Shown one piece after another: positions 1-14,416 of a stretch of DNA of 64,000 nucleotides. Below the pieces are notes generated by a model. That model worked only from the letters and a program-made list of their open reading frames with translations. It was not told where the DNA came from and did not search any database. Source of the stretch: Bugula neritina (Eukaryota; Animalia; Bryozoa). The stretch covers positions 806,001-870,000 of the forward strand of contig CAXIUT010000183.1 in NCBI GenBank assembly GCA_964035545.1, read 5' to 3'. A program made the position numbers and the translations under genes. Positions within the stretch are counted from its first letter, which is position 1; every line of letters starts with the position of its first letter.

Positions 1-140
1 TACTGCAACATACCGAAATATATGGTAAACTAATGAAATATACTGTAACACATTGAAAAATACCGCAACATACTGAAATATACTGCGACACATTGCAATA
101 TACTGTAACATATTGAAATATGCTGTAGCACACTGAAATA

Positions 141-1130
141 CACTGCAACATCCTACAACATACTGAAATACACTGTAACATATTGAAATACACTGCAAGA
201 AATTGAAATAGACTGCAACATAACAAAATATATGGTAAACTACTGAAATAGACTTTAACACATTGAAAAATACTGCAACATACAGAAATATACTGTAACA
301 CACTGAAATATACTGCAACATACTGAAATACACTGTAACATTCTGAAAAATACTGCAACATACTGAAATACACTGCTACATACTGAAATACACTGCAACA
401 TACTGCAAAATACTGCAACATACTGAAATACACTGTAACATATTGAAGTACACTGCAACACATTGAAATATACTGCAACATACCAAAATATATGGTAAAC
501 AACTGAAATATACTTCAACACATTGAAAAATACTGCAACATACTGAAATATACTGCGACACTTTGCAATATACTGTAACATACCGAAATATGCTCTAGCA
601 CACTGAAATACACTGCAACTCACTGAAATATACTGCAACATCCTACAACATACTGAAATACACTGTAACATATTGAAATACACTGCAAGAAATTGAAATA
701 GACTGCAACATAACAAAATATATGGTAAACTACTGAAATAGACTTTAACACATTGAAAAATACTGCAACATACAGAAATATACTGTAACACACTGAAATA
801 TACTGCAACATACTGAAATACACTGTAACATTCTGAAAAATACTGCAACATACTGAAATACACTGCTACATACTGAAATATACTGCAACATACTGCAAAA
901 TACTGCAACATACTGAAATACACTGTAACATATTGAAGTACACTGCAACACATTGAAATATACTGCAACATACCAAAATATATGGTAAACAACTGAAATA
1001 TACTTCAACACATTGAAAAATACTGCAACATACTGAAATATACTGCGACACTTTGCAATATACTGTAACATACCGAAATATGCTCTAGCACACTGAAATA
1101 CACTGCAACTCACTGAAATATACTGCAACA
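141..1130. repeat. 490-bp tandem duplication
   Basis: ORF pairs 255/745 and 376/866; marker cactgcaagaaattgaaatagac at 191 and 681. Confidence 0.9.
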
Positions 1131-1390
1131 TACTGAAATACACTGTGACATCCTGAAATATACTGCAAAATTCTGAAATACACTGCTACATACTGAAATA
1201 TACTGCAACATACTGCAACATACTGAAATACACTGCAACATACTACAACATACTGAAATACGCTGCAACACATTGAAATATACTGCAACATACCTAAATA
1301 TACGGTAATATACCGAAATATACTGTAACACATTGAAAAATACTGCAACATACTGAAATATATTTTAACACATTGAAAAATACTGCAACA

Positions 1391-2010
1391 TACTGAAATA
1401 TACTGTAACACACTGAAGTACACTGCAACTGACTGAAATATACTGCAATATACAGAAATACACTGCAACATCCTACAAAATGCTGAAATACACTGTAACA
1501 TATTGAAATACACTGCAACACATTGAAACATACTGCAACATACCGAAATATATAGTAAACTACTGAAATAAACTGTAACACATTGAAAAATACTGCAACA
1601 TACTGAAATATACTGCAACATACCTAAATATACGGTAATATACTGAAATATACTATAACACACCGAAATATACTGCAACATACTGAAATACACTGTAACA
1701 TACTGAAATATACTGTAACACACTGAAGTACACTGCAACTGACTGAAATATACTGCAATATACAGAAATACACTGCAACATCCTACAAAATGCTGAAATA
1801 CACTGTAACATATTGAAATACACTGCAACACATTGAAACATACTGCAACATACCGAAATATATAGTAAACTACTGAAATAAACTGTAACACATTGAAAAA
1901 TACTGCAACATACTGAAATATACTGCAACATACCTAAATATACGGTAATATACTGAAATATACTATAACACACCGAAATATACTGCAACATACTGAAATA
2001 CACTGTAACA
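1391..2010. repeat. 310-bp tandem duplication inside the HOR
   Basis: Marker cactgaagtacactgcaactgactg at 1411 and 1721; repeated in the HOR copies at ~6.0, ~10.7 and ~49.2 kb. Confidence 0.9.
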
Positions 2011-5000
2011 TACTGAAATATACTGCAACATACTTAAACACACTGCTACATACTGCAACATACTGCAACATACTGCAACATACTGAAATACACTGTAACA
2101 TACTGAAATAAACTGCAACATACTACAACATATTGAAATACACTGCAACACATTGAAATATACTGCTACATACCTAAATATACGGTAATATACTGAAATA
2201 TACTGTAACACATTGAAAAAACTGCAACATACTGAAATACACTGCAACGCACTGAAATACACCGCAAAATGCTACAACATGCTGAAATACACTGTAACAT
2301 ATTGAAATCCACTGCAACACATTGAAATATACTGCAACATACCGAAATATATGGTAAACTAATGAAATATACTGTAACACATTGAAAAATACCGCAACAT
2401 ACTGAAATACACTGCAACACATTGAAATATACTGCTACATACCTAAATATACGGTAATATACTGAAATATACTGTAACGCATTGCAAAATACTGCAACAT
2501 ACTGAAATACACTGCGACACACTGAAATACGCTGCAAAATACTACAACATACTGAAATAAACTGTAACATATTGAAATACACTGCAATACATTGAAAAAT
2601 AATGCAATATACTGAAATATACTGTAACACACTGAAATATACTGCAACATACTGAAATACACTGTAACATACTGAAATATACTGCAACGTACTGAAATAC
2701 ACTGCTACATACTGAAATATACTGTAACATACTGCAACATACTGAAATACACTGTAACATACTGAGATACACTGCCGCATACTGCAACATATTGAACTAC
2801 ACTGCAACACATTGAAATATATTGCAACTTATCGAATATATGGAAAACTACTGAAATATACTGTAACGCATTGAAAGAGACTGCAACATACTGAAATATA
2901 TTGCGACACATTGCAATATACTGTAATATACTGAAAAATGCTGTAGCACACTGAAGTACACCGCAACATCCTACAACATACTAAAATACACTGTAACATT
3001 TCGAAATACACTGCAACACATTGAATTATACTGCAACATAACGAAATATATGGTAAACTACTGAAATATATTTTAACAAATTGAAAAATAGTGCAACATA
3101 CTGAAATATACTGTAACACACTGAAGTATACTGCAACATACTGAAATACACTGTAACATACTGAAATATACTGCAACATACTAAAATACACTGCTACATA
3201 CTGAAATATACTGCAACGTACTGCAACATACTGCAACATACTGAAATACACTGTAACATACTGAATTACACTGCAACATACTACCACATATTGAAATACA
3301 CTGCAACACATTGAAATGTACTACAACATACCGAAATATATGGTAAACTACTAAAATATACTGTAACAGATTGAAAAATACTGCAACATACTGAAATATA
3401 CTGCGACACCTAGCAATATACTGTAACATACTGAAATATGCTCTAGCACACTGAAATACAATGCAACTTACTGAAATATACTGCAACATGCTGAAATACA
3501 CTGCAACATCCTACAATATGCTGAAATACACAGTAACATATTGAAATACACTGCAACACTTTGAAATATACTGCAACATACCGAAATATATGGTAAACTA
3601 CTGCAACATACTACAACATACTGAAATACACTGCAACACATAGAAATATACTGCGACATACCTAGATATACGGTAATATACTGAAATATACTGTAACACA
3701 TTGAAAAATACCGCAACATACTGAAATATACTGCGACACATTGCAATATACTGTAACATATTGAAATATGCTGTAGCACACTGAAATACACTGCAACATC
3801 CTACAACATACTGAAATACACTGTAACATATTGAAATACACTGCAAGAAATTGAAATAGACTGCAACATAACAAAATATATGGTAAACTACTGAAATAGA
3901 CTTTAACACATTGAAAAATACTGCAACATACATAAATATACTGTAACACACTGAAATATACTGCAACATACTGAAATACACTGTAACATTCTGAAATATA
4001 CTGCAACATACTGAAATACACTGCTACATACTGAAATATACTGCAACATACTGCAAAATACTGCAACATACTGAAATACACTGTAACATATTGAAGTACA
4101 CTGCAACACATTGAAATATACTGCAACATACCAAAATATATGGTAAACAACTGAAATATACTTTAACACATTGAAAAATACTGCAACATACTGAAATATA
4201 CTGCGACACTTTGCAATATACTGTAACATACCGAAATATGCTCTAGCACACTGAAATACACTGCAACTCACTGAAATATACTGCAACATACTGAAATACA
4301 CTGTGACATCCTGAAATATACTGCAACATTCTGAAATACACTGCTACATACTGAAATATACTGCAACATACTGCAACATACTGAAATACACTGCAACATA
4401 CTACAACATACTGAAATACGCTGCAACACATTGAAATATACTGCAACATACCTAAATATACGGTAATATACTGAAATATACTGTAACGCATTGCAAAATA
4501 CTGCAACATACTGAAATACACTGCGACACACTGAAATACGCTGCAAAATACTACAACATACTGAAATAAACTGTTATATATTGAAATACACTGCAATACA
4601 TTGAAAAATAATGCAATATACTGAAATATACTGTAACACACTGAAATATACTGCAACATACTGAAATACACTGTAACATACTGAAATATACTGCAACGTA
4701 CTGAAATACACTGCTACATACTGAAATATACTGTAGCATACTGCAACATACTGAAATACACTGTAACATACTGAGATACACTGCCGCATACTGCAACATA
4801 TTGAAATACACTGCAACACATTGAAATATACAGCAACATAACAAAATATATGGTAAACTACTGAAATAGACTTTAACACATTGAAAAATACTGCAACATA
4901 CTGTAATATACTGTAACACACTGAAGTATACTGCAACATACTGAAATACACTGTAACATACTGAAATATACTGCAACATACTGAAATACACTGCTACATA

Positions 5001-8000
5001 CTGAAATATACTGCAACGTACTGCAACATACTCCAACATACTGAAATACACTGTAACATACTGAAATTCACTGCAACATACTACCACATATTGAAATACA
5101 CTGCAACACATTGAAATGTACTTCAACATACCGAAATATAAGGTAAACTACTAAAATATGCTGTAACATATTGAAAAATACTGCAACATACTGAAATATA
5201 CTGCGACACCTAGCAATATACTGTAACATACTGAAATATGCTCTAGCACACTGAAATACAATGCAACTTACTGAATAATACTGCAACATACTGAAATACA
5301 CTGCAACATCCTACAATATGCTGAAATACACTGTAACATATTGAAAGACACTGCAACACTTTGAAATATACTGCAACATACCGAAATATATGGTAAACTA
5401 CTGCAACATACTACAACATATTGAAATACACTGCAACACATTGAAGTATACTGCAACATACCTAAATATACGGTAATATACTGAAATATACTGTAACACA
5501 CTGAAATATACTGCAACATACTGAAATACACTGTAACATACTGAAATATACTGCAACATACTGAAATACACTGCTACATACTGAAATATACTGCAACATA
5601 CTGCAATACACTGTAACATACTGAAATACACTGCAACATACTACAACATATTGAAACACACTGCAACACATTGGAATACACTGCAACTTACCGAATATAT
5701 GGTAAACTACTGAAATATACTGTAACGCATTGAAAAATACTGCAACATACTGAAATATATTGCGACACATTGCAATATACTGTAACATACTGAAAAATGC
5801 TGTAGCACACTGAAATATACTGCAATTCACTGAAATATACTGCAACATACTGAAATACACCGCAACATCCTACAACACACTGAAATACTTTGTAACATAT
5901 TGAAATACACTGCAACACATTGAAATATACTGCAACATAACGAAATATATGGTAAACTACTGAAATATATTTTAACACATTGAAAAATACTGCAACATAC
6001 TGAAATATATTTTAACACATTGAAAAATACTGCAACATACTGAAATATACTGTAACACACTGAAGTACACTGCAACTGACTGAAATATACTGCAATATAC
6101 AGAAATACACTGCAACATCCTACAAAATGCTGAAATACACTGTAACATATTGAAATACACTGCAACACATTGAAACATACTGCAACATACCGAAATATAT
6201 AGTAAACTACTGAAATAAACTGTAACACATTGAAAAATACTGCAACATACTGAAATATACTGCAACATACCTAAATATACGGTAATATACTGAAATATAC
6301 TATAACACACCGAAATATACTGCAACATACTGAAATACACTGTAACATACTGAAATATACTGTAACACACTGAAGTACACTGCAACTGACTGAAATATAC
6401 TGCAATATACAGAAATACACTGCAACATCCTACAAAATGCTGAAATACACTGTAACATATTGAAATACACTGCAACACATTGAAACATACTGCAACATAC
6501 CGAAATATATAGTAAACTACTGAAATAAACTGTAACACATTGAAAAATACTGCAACATACTGAAATATACTGCAACATACCTAAATATACGGTAATATAC
6601 TGAAATATACTATAACACACCGAAATATACTGCAACATACTGAAATACACTGTAACATACTGAAATATACTGCAACATACTTAAACACACTGCTACATAC
6701 TGCAACATACTGCAACATACTGCAACATACTGAAATACACTGTAACATACTGAAATAAACTGCAACATACTACAACATATTGAAATACACTGCAACACAT
6801 TGAAATATACTGCTACATACCTAAATATACGGTAATATACTGAAATATACTGTAACACATTGAAAAAACTGCAACATACTGAAATACACTGCAACGCACT
6901 GAAATACACCGCAAAATGCTACAACATGCTGAAATACACTGTAACATATTGAAATCCACTGCAACACATTGAAATATACTGCAACATACCGAAATATATG
7001 GTAAACTAATGAAATATACTGTAACACATTGAAAAATACCGCAACATACTGAAATACACTGCAACACATTGAAATATACTGCTACATACCTAAATATACG
7101 GTAATATACTGAAATATACTGTAACGCATTGCAAAATACTGCAACATACTGAAATACACTGCGACACACTGAAATACGCTGCAAAATACTACAACATACT
7201 GAAATAAACTGTAACATATTGATATACACTGCAATACATTGAAAAATAATGCAATATACTGAAATATACTGTAACACACTGAAATATACTGCAACATACT
7301 GAAATACACTGTAACATACTGAAATATACTGCAACGTACTGAAATACACTGCTACATACTGAAATATACTGTAACATACTGCAACATACTGAAATACACT
7401 GTAACATACTGAGATACACTGCCGCATACTGCAACATATTGAACTACACTGCAACACATTGAAATATATTGCAACTTATCGAATATATGGAAAACTACTG
7501 AAATATACTGTAACGCATTGAAAGAGACTGCAACATACTGAAATATATTGCGACACATTGCAATATACTGTAATATACTGAAAAATGCTGTAGCACACTG
7601 AAGTACACCGCAACATCCTACAACATACTAAAATACACTGTAACATTTCGAAATACACTGCAACACATTGAATTATACTGCAACATAACGAAATATATGG
7701 TAAACTACTGAAATATATTTTAACAAATTGAAAAATAGTGCAACATACTGAAATATACTGTAACACACTGAAGTATACTGCAACATACTGAAATACACTG
7801 TAACATACTGAAATATACTGCAACATACTAAAATACACTGCTACATACTGAAATATACTGCAACGTACTGCAACATACTGCAACATACTGAAATACACTG
7901 TAACATACTGAATTACACTGCAACATACTACCACATATTGAAATACACTGCAACACATTGAAATGTACTACAACATACCGAAATATATGGTAAACTACTA

Positions 8001-11000
8001 AAATATACTGTAACAGATTGAAAAATACTGCAACATACTGAAATATACTGCGACACCTAGCAATATACTGTAACATACTGAAATATGCTCTAGCACACTG
8101 AAATACAATGCAACTTACTGAAATATACTGCAACATGCTGAAATACACTGCAACATCCTACAATATGCTGAAATACACAGTAACATATTGAAATACACTG
8201 CAACACTTTGAAATATACTGCAACATACCGAAATATATGGTAAACTACTGCAACATACTACAACATACTGAAATACACTGCAACACATAGAAATATACTG
8301 CGACATACCTAGATATACGGTAATATACTGAAATATACTGTAACACATTGAAAAATACCGCAACATACTGAAATATACTGCGACACATTGCAATATACTG
8401 TAACATATTGAAATATGCTGTAGCACACTGAAATACACTGCAACATCCTACAACATACTGAAATACACTGTAACATATTGAAATACACTGCAAGAAATTG
8501 AAATAGACTGCAACATAACAAAATATATGGTAAACTACTGAAATAGACTTTAACACATTGAAAAATACTGCAACATACATAAATATACTGTAACACACTG
8601 AAATATACTGCAACATACTGAAATACACTGTAACATTCTGAAATATACTGCAACATACTGAAATACACTGCTACATACTGAAATATACTGCAACATACTG
8701 CAAAATACTGCAACATACTGAAATACACTGTAACATATTGAAGTACACTGCAACACATTGAAATATACTGCAACATACCAAAATATATGGTAAACAACTG
8801 AAATATACTTTAACACATTGAAAAATACTGCAACATACTGAAATATACTGCGACACTTTGCAATATACTGTAACATACCGAAATATGCTCTAGCACACTG
8901 AAATACACTGCAACTCACTGAAATATACTGCAACATACTGAAATACACTGTGACATCCTGAAATATACTGCAACATTCTGAAATACACTGCTACATACTG
9001 AAATATACTGCAACATACTGCAACATACTGAAATACACTGCAACATACTACAACATACTGAAATACGCTGCAACACATTGAAATATACTGCAACATACCT
9101 AAATATACGGTAATATACTGAAATATACTGTAACGCATTGCAAAATACTGCAACATACTGAAATACACTGCGACACACTGAAATACGCTGCAAAATACTA
9201 CAACATACTGAAATAAACTGTTATATATTGAAATACACTGCAATACATTGAAAAATAATGCAATATACTGAAATATACTGTAACACACTGAAATATACTG
9301 CAACATACTGAAATACACTGTAACATACTGAAATATACTGCAACGTACTGAAATACACTGCTACATACTGAAATATACTGTAGCATACTGCAACATACTG
9401 AAATACACTGTAACATACTGAGATACACTGCCGCATACTGCAACATATTGAAATACACTGCAACACATTGAAATATACTGCAACATAACAAAATATATGG
9501 TAAACTACTGAAATAGACTTTAACACATTGAAAAATACTGCAACATACTGTAATATACTGTAACACACTGAAGTATACTGCAACATACTGAAATACACTG
9601 TAACATACTGAAATATACTGCAACATACTGAAATACACTGCTACATACTGAAATATACTGCAACGTACTGCAACATACTCCAACATACTGAAATACACTG
9701 TAACATACTGAAATTCACTGCAACATACTACCACATATTGAAATACACTGCAACACATTGAAATGTACTTCAACATACCGAAATATAAGGTAAACTACTA
9801 AAATATGCTGTAACATATTGAAAAATACTGCAACATACTGAAATATACTGCGACACCTAGCAATATACTGTAACATACTGAAATATGCTCTAGCACACTG
9901 AAATACAATGCAACTTACTGAATAATACTGCAACATACTGAAATACACTGCAACATCCTACAATATGCTGAAATACACTGTAACATATTGAAAGACACTG
10001 CAACACTTTGAAATATACTGCAACATACCGAAATATATGGTAAACTACTGCAACATACTACAACATATTGAAATACACTGCAACACATTGAAGTATACTG
10101 CAACATACCTAAATATACGGTAATATACTGAAATATACTGTAACACACTGAAATATACTGCAACATACTGAAATACACTGTAACATACTGAAATATACTG
10201 CAACATACTGAAATACACTGCTACATACTGAAATATACTGCAACATACTGCAATACACTGTAACATACTGAAATACACTGCAACATACTACAACATATTG
10301 AAACACACTGCAACACATTGGAATACACTGCAACTTACCGAATATATGGTAAACTACTGAAATATACTGTAACGCATTGAAAAATACTGCAACATACTGA
10401 AATATATTGCGACACATTGCAATATACTGTAACATACTGAAAAATGCTGTAGCACACTGAAATATACTGCAATTCACTGAAATATACTGCAACATACTGA
10501 AATACACCGCAACATCCTACAACACACTGAAATACTTTGTAACATATTGAAATACACTGCAACACATTGAAATATACTGCAACATAACGAAATATATGGT
10601 AAACTACTGAAATATATTTTAACACATTGAAAAATACTGCAACATACTGAAATATATTTTAACACATTGAAAAATACTGCAACATACTGAAATATACTGT
10701 AACACACTGAAGTACACTGCAACTGACTGAAATATACTGCAATATACAGAAATACACTGCAACATCCTACAAAATGCTGAAATACACTGTAACATATTGA
10801 AATACACTGCAACACATTGAAACATACTGCAACATACCGAAATATATAGTAAACTACTGAAATAAACTGTAACACATTGAAAAATACTGCAACATACTGA
10901 AATATACTGCAACATACCTAAATATACGGTAATATACTGAAATATACTATAACACACCGAAATATACTGCAACATACTGAAATACACTGTAACATACTGA

Positions 11001-12560
11001 AATATACTGTAACACACTGAAGTACACTGCAACTGACTGAAATATACTGCAATATACAGAAATACACTGCAACATCCTACAAAATGCTGAAATACACTGT
11101 AACATATTGAAATACACTGCAACACATTGAAACATACTGCAACATACCGAAATATATAGTAAACTACTGAAATAAACTGTAACACATTGAAAAATACTGC
11201 AACATACTGAAATATACTGCAACATACCTAAATATACGGTAATATACTGAAATATACTATAACACACCGAAATATACTGCAACATACTGAAATACACTGT
11301 AACATACTGAAATATACTGCAACATACTTAAACACACTGCTACATACTGCAACATACTGCAACATACTGCAACATACTGAAATACACTGTAACATACTGA
11401 AATAAACTGCAACATACTACAACATATTGAAATACACTGCAACACATTGAAATATACTGCTACATACCTAAATATACGGTAATATACTGAAATATACTGT
11501 AACACATTGAAAAAACTGCAACATACTGAAATACACTGCAACGCACTGAAATACACCGCAAAATGCTACAACATGCTGAAATACACTGTAACATATTGAA
11601 ATCCACTGCAACACATTGAAATATACTGCAACATACCGAAATATATGGTAAACTAATGAAATATACTGTAACACATTGAAAAATACCGCAACATACTGAA
11701 ATACACTGCAACACATTGAAATATACTGCTACATACCTAAATATACGGTAATATACTGAAATATACTGCAACGCATTGCAAAATACTGCAACATACTGAA
11801 ATACACTGCGACACACTGAAATACGCTGCAAAATACTACAACATACTGAAATAAACTGTAACATATTGAAATACACTGCAATACATTGAAAAATAATGCA
11901 ATATACTGAAATATACTGTAACACACTGAAATATACTGCAACATACTGAAATACACTGTAACATACTGAAATATACTGCAACGTACTGAAATACACTGCT
12001 ACATACTGAAATATACTGTAACATACTGCAACATACTGAAATACACTGTAACATACTGAGATACACTCCCGCATACTGCAACATATTGAACTACACTGCA
12101 ACACATTGAAATATATTGCAACTTATCGAATATATGGAAAACTACTGAAATATACTGTAACGCATTGAAAGAGACTGCAACATACTGAAATATATTGCGA
12201 CACATTGCAATATACTGTAATATACTGAAAAATGCTGTAGCACACTGAAGTACACCGCAACATCCTACAACATACTAAAATACACTGTAACATTTCGAAA
12301 TACACTGCAACACATTGAATTATACTGCAACATAACGAAATATATGGTAAACTACTGAAATATATTTTAACAAATTGAAAAATAGTGCAACATACTGAAA
12401 TATACTGTAACACACTGAAGTATACTGCAACATACTGAAATACACTGTAACATACTGAAATATACTGCAACATACTAAAATACACTGCTACATACTGAAA
12501 TATACTGCAACGTACTGCAACATACTGCAACATACTGAAATACACTGTAACATACTGAAT

Positions 12561-12562
12561 TA
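12561..12562. other. Target-site duplication TA (left copy)
   Basis: A single TA in the empty site at 51067-51068; two copies flank the element. Confidence 0.85.
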
Positions 12563-12584
12563 CACAGCTTGATTAAGGTCACCC
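12563..12584 (+). repeat. Left terminal inverted repeat
   Basis: CACAGCTTGATTAAGGTCACCC; 19/22 identical to the reverse complement of the right end (CACAGCATAATTAAGGTCATCC). Confidence 0.93.
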
Positions 12585-12632
12585 TTCTACTGAATCAGTA
12601 ATTTCATTGCTCCATTATAATTATATATGAAA

Positions 12633-12905
12633 CAGTGCCCCACTCATAACTCAACTAATTTTGAGGCTAGAATCAAAATTCAAAAACCATCTTGTAAATA
12701 TTTTGCTGCTCTATTAGAGGCTTTTTTAAAATCTTTACCTACCCAACTCGTTGCATTTTTATGCTTCAAAAACAGTCAAAAATTGCCCATTTTCGCATAA
12801 AAAAACATGGTCTCAGTGCCCCACGAATTATTCAATTCCTAAGCAACAGATCTCTCCAAAAATTGAAACAGAGAGTTATAAGATATTTGTCTATTAGAGG
12901 CTTTT
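12633..12905 (+). repeat. Diverged ~180-bp subterminal direct repeat with two conserved boxes
   Basis: CAGTGCCCCAC at 12633 and 12814 (181 apart); TCTATTAGAGGCTTTT at 12710 and 12890 (180 apart); the sequence between the boxes is poorly conserved. Confidence 0.8.
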
Positions 12906-12979
12906 CAAAGTTTTCAGATAACCTCAATAGAATTGGTGTAAACGTGTAATTTATACACTGATTTTATTAAAAATTTTAC

Positions 12980-13090
12980 TTCTCGCTTAGTCTGCACGCT
13001 TGGCTGAACGCCGTAGAGCTGCGCTGTTATACTAGCCATCACTGATTGCAGGGAGCTCGCGCGACCTAAGATTCATGTTTTGCGCGCTAA
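12980..13090. promoter_or_regulatory. CpG/GC-enriched patch, possible internal promoter of the element
   Basis: Cluster of CG dinucleotides (gaacgccgt, gctgcgct, gctcgcgcgac, tgcgcgct) in an otherwise AT-rich, CpG-poor element, upstream of the candidate exons. Confidence 0.3.
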
Positions 13091-13629
13091 ACCAAAGGGT
13101 TAAAGTTCATCTCTGCACTAAACTAATTACATGGTATAGACTGGTTATTAGATAGTAGCTTAGTAATTGTAATCCGGCTGTTGCAATATTGCTGTACTGC
13201 CTATGGACGCGAGGCTGTACAATGTGCAATCTACTCTGAATCTAGATTTCAGTCGTATATTTATATAAAGCAGTTTCTGAAGCCTGCATACATTTCCTGC
13301 TTCGACTTGTTTCTTTCTAGTGCAAAGCAGTTTAGTAATACAGCCTGCATGATAACCCAGACATCTTAGGATGCTAGTGAAAGTTAAAGCCACTAAATTT
13401 TATACCTTTTGTGTGTGATTTCAAAGCAAATTTATTGTTCTGTAGAGTAATCTAAATTATTCTAATAATACATTTGTAACCAAATTATTTTAAAACATTA
13501 AATTTTTTTTCCGGAGTCTACAAAATTGTTGGAGGGAATTCTTAGTCAATTGAATAGTAATTGCATAATTTTCTGTAAACAATAGTAGTAAAGTCTTATC
13601 AGCTAAGTATAAGTATGTGGTGTGTGCAG

Positions 13630-14416
13630 TGATGAGGGTATTGAGAAATTAAACCCTGCATTTCGTATTATTGGGCCTATTATAGGCAGTGAGATGCAGC
13701 TTAAGAAGTTTAGAGAGAATTCCGACAGGTTACCAAATTAGAATTTCTTGAAAAATTTAAGAACTTATAGGCTGTTTAAGCTTTTCTGCTATTGCACCTA
13801 CCAGGCAACTTTTTTTTATAATAAAGTATTAAAATTCTGGTAGCTTACAATTAAATAAGTAGTTTCTGATTGATAAATAGTGCTTGCACGTAAGAGGCTT
13901 GTATGTAGCAGGCTTGCAATAGCAGTAAGCCATTTTGCTAATGGCTCTGGCAGTGACCAGCCCTTCATACCCAGTGACAAGGTGCTGCTATTTTTAGCTG
14001 AAATGAGCTCACGCGAATTTGAACTTAAATGCCCAACTAGACTACTTGTCAATAATGAGCAACTTAGGCAGGTTATTTTATATTGCAATATGGTTTTAAT
14101 TACAATTAGCTTTAAATAGTCAATTATGTGACCAGATTCAGCATGATGTAAAATAAATGGGTATTTAATTTCACGATTTCTTTTGGACCTGACTGAATCT
14201 CAAATAACCATAACTATGGGGTTCTAGCATTTGAGTACAAGTTTCTGTACACATATATACTACTCATTTCCTTTACTGCTTACACCAATTCATTACATTG
14301 GTAGATAACTATAGGTAGTGCACTTTCAGTCTACTAGCTCAGTAAGAGCTTCACTGCAGTTTCAAGCTAATGCCAGCAGCAGACATCGGAATAGCTTGTT
14401 TGTATTGAAGATGTGA
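13630..14416 (+). CDS. Putative spliced cargo gene fragment of unknown function (exons 13630-13728, 13909-14071, 14315-14416; 5' end unresolved)
   Basis: Three AG/GT-bounded segments join in phase (2-2, 2-0, 0-stop) to give DEGIEKLNPAFRIIGPIIGSEMQLKKFRENSDSRLAIAVSHFANGSGSDQPFIPSDKVLLFLAEMSSREFELKCPTRLLVNNEQLRQVVHFQSTSSVRASLQFQANASSRHRNSLFVLKM*. The donors (AG|GTTA) and polypyrimidine tracts are weak and I recognise no domain. Confidence 0.3.

Larger units (their letters stand above)
1..12562. repeat. 10-bp/20-bp satellite array, left arm (TACTGCAACA / TACTGAAATA alternating)
   Basis: Continuous 10-bp periodicity visible in the 10-base columns, with variant monomers such as CACTGTAACA, CATTGAAAAA, TATGGTAAAC and TACCTAAATA. 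Runs off the left window edge. Confidence 0.99.

Noticed and set aside
12761-13393. Short ORFs 12761-12949 (+), 13160-13393 (-) and 13181-13369 (+)
   Set aside because: Short, no recognisable motif, overlapping subterminal repeats or each other; expected by chance.
13816-14088. 90-aa minus-strand ORF
   Set aside because: Antisense shadow of the candidate plus-strand exon; no independent support.
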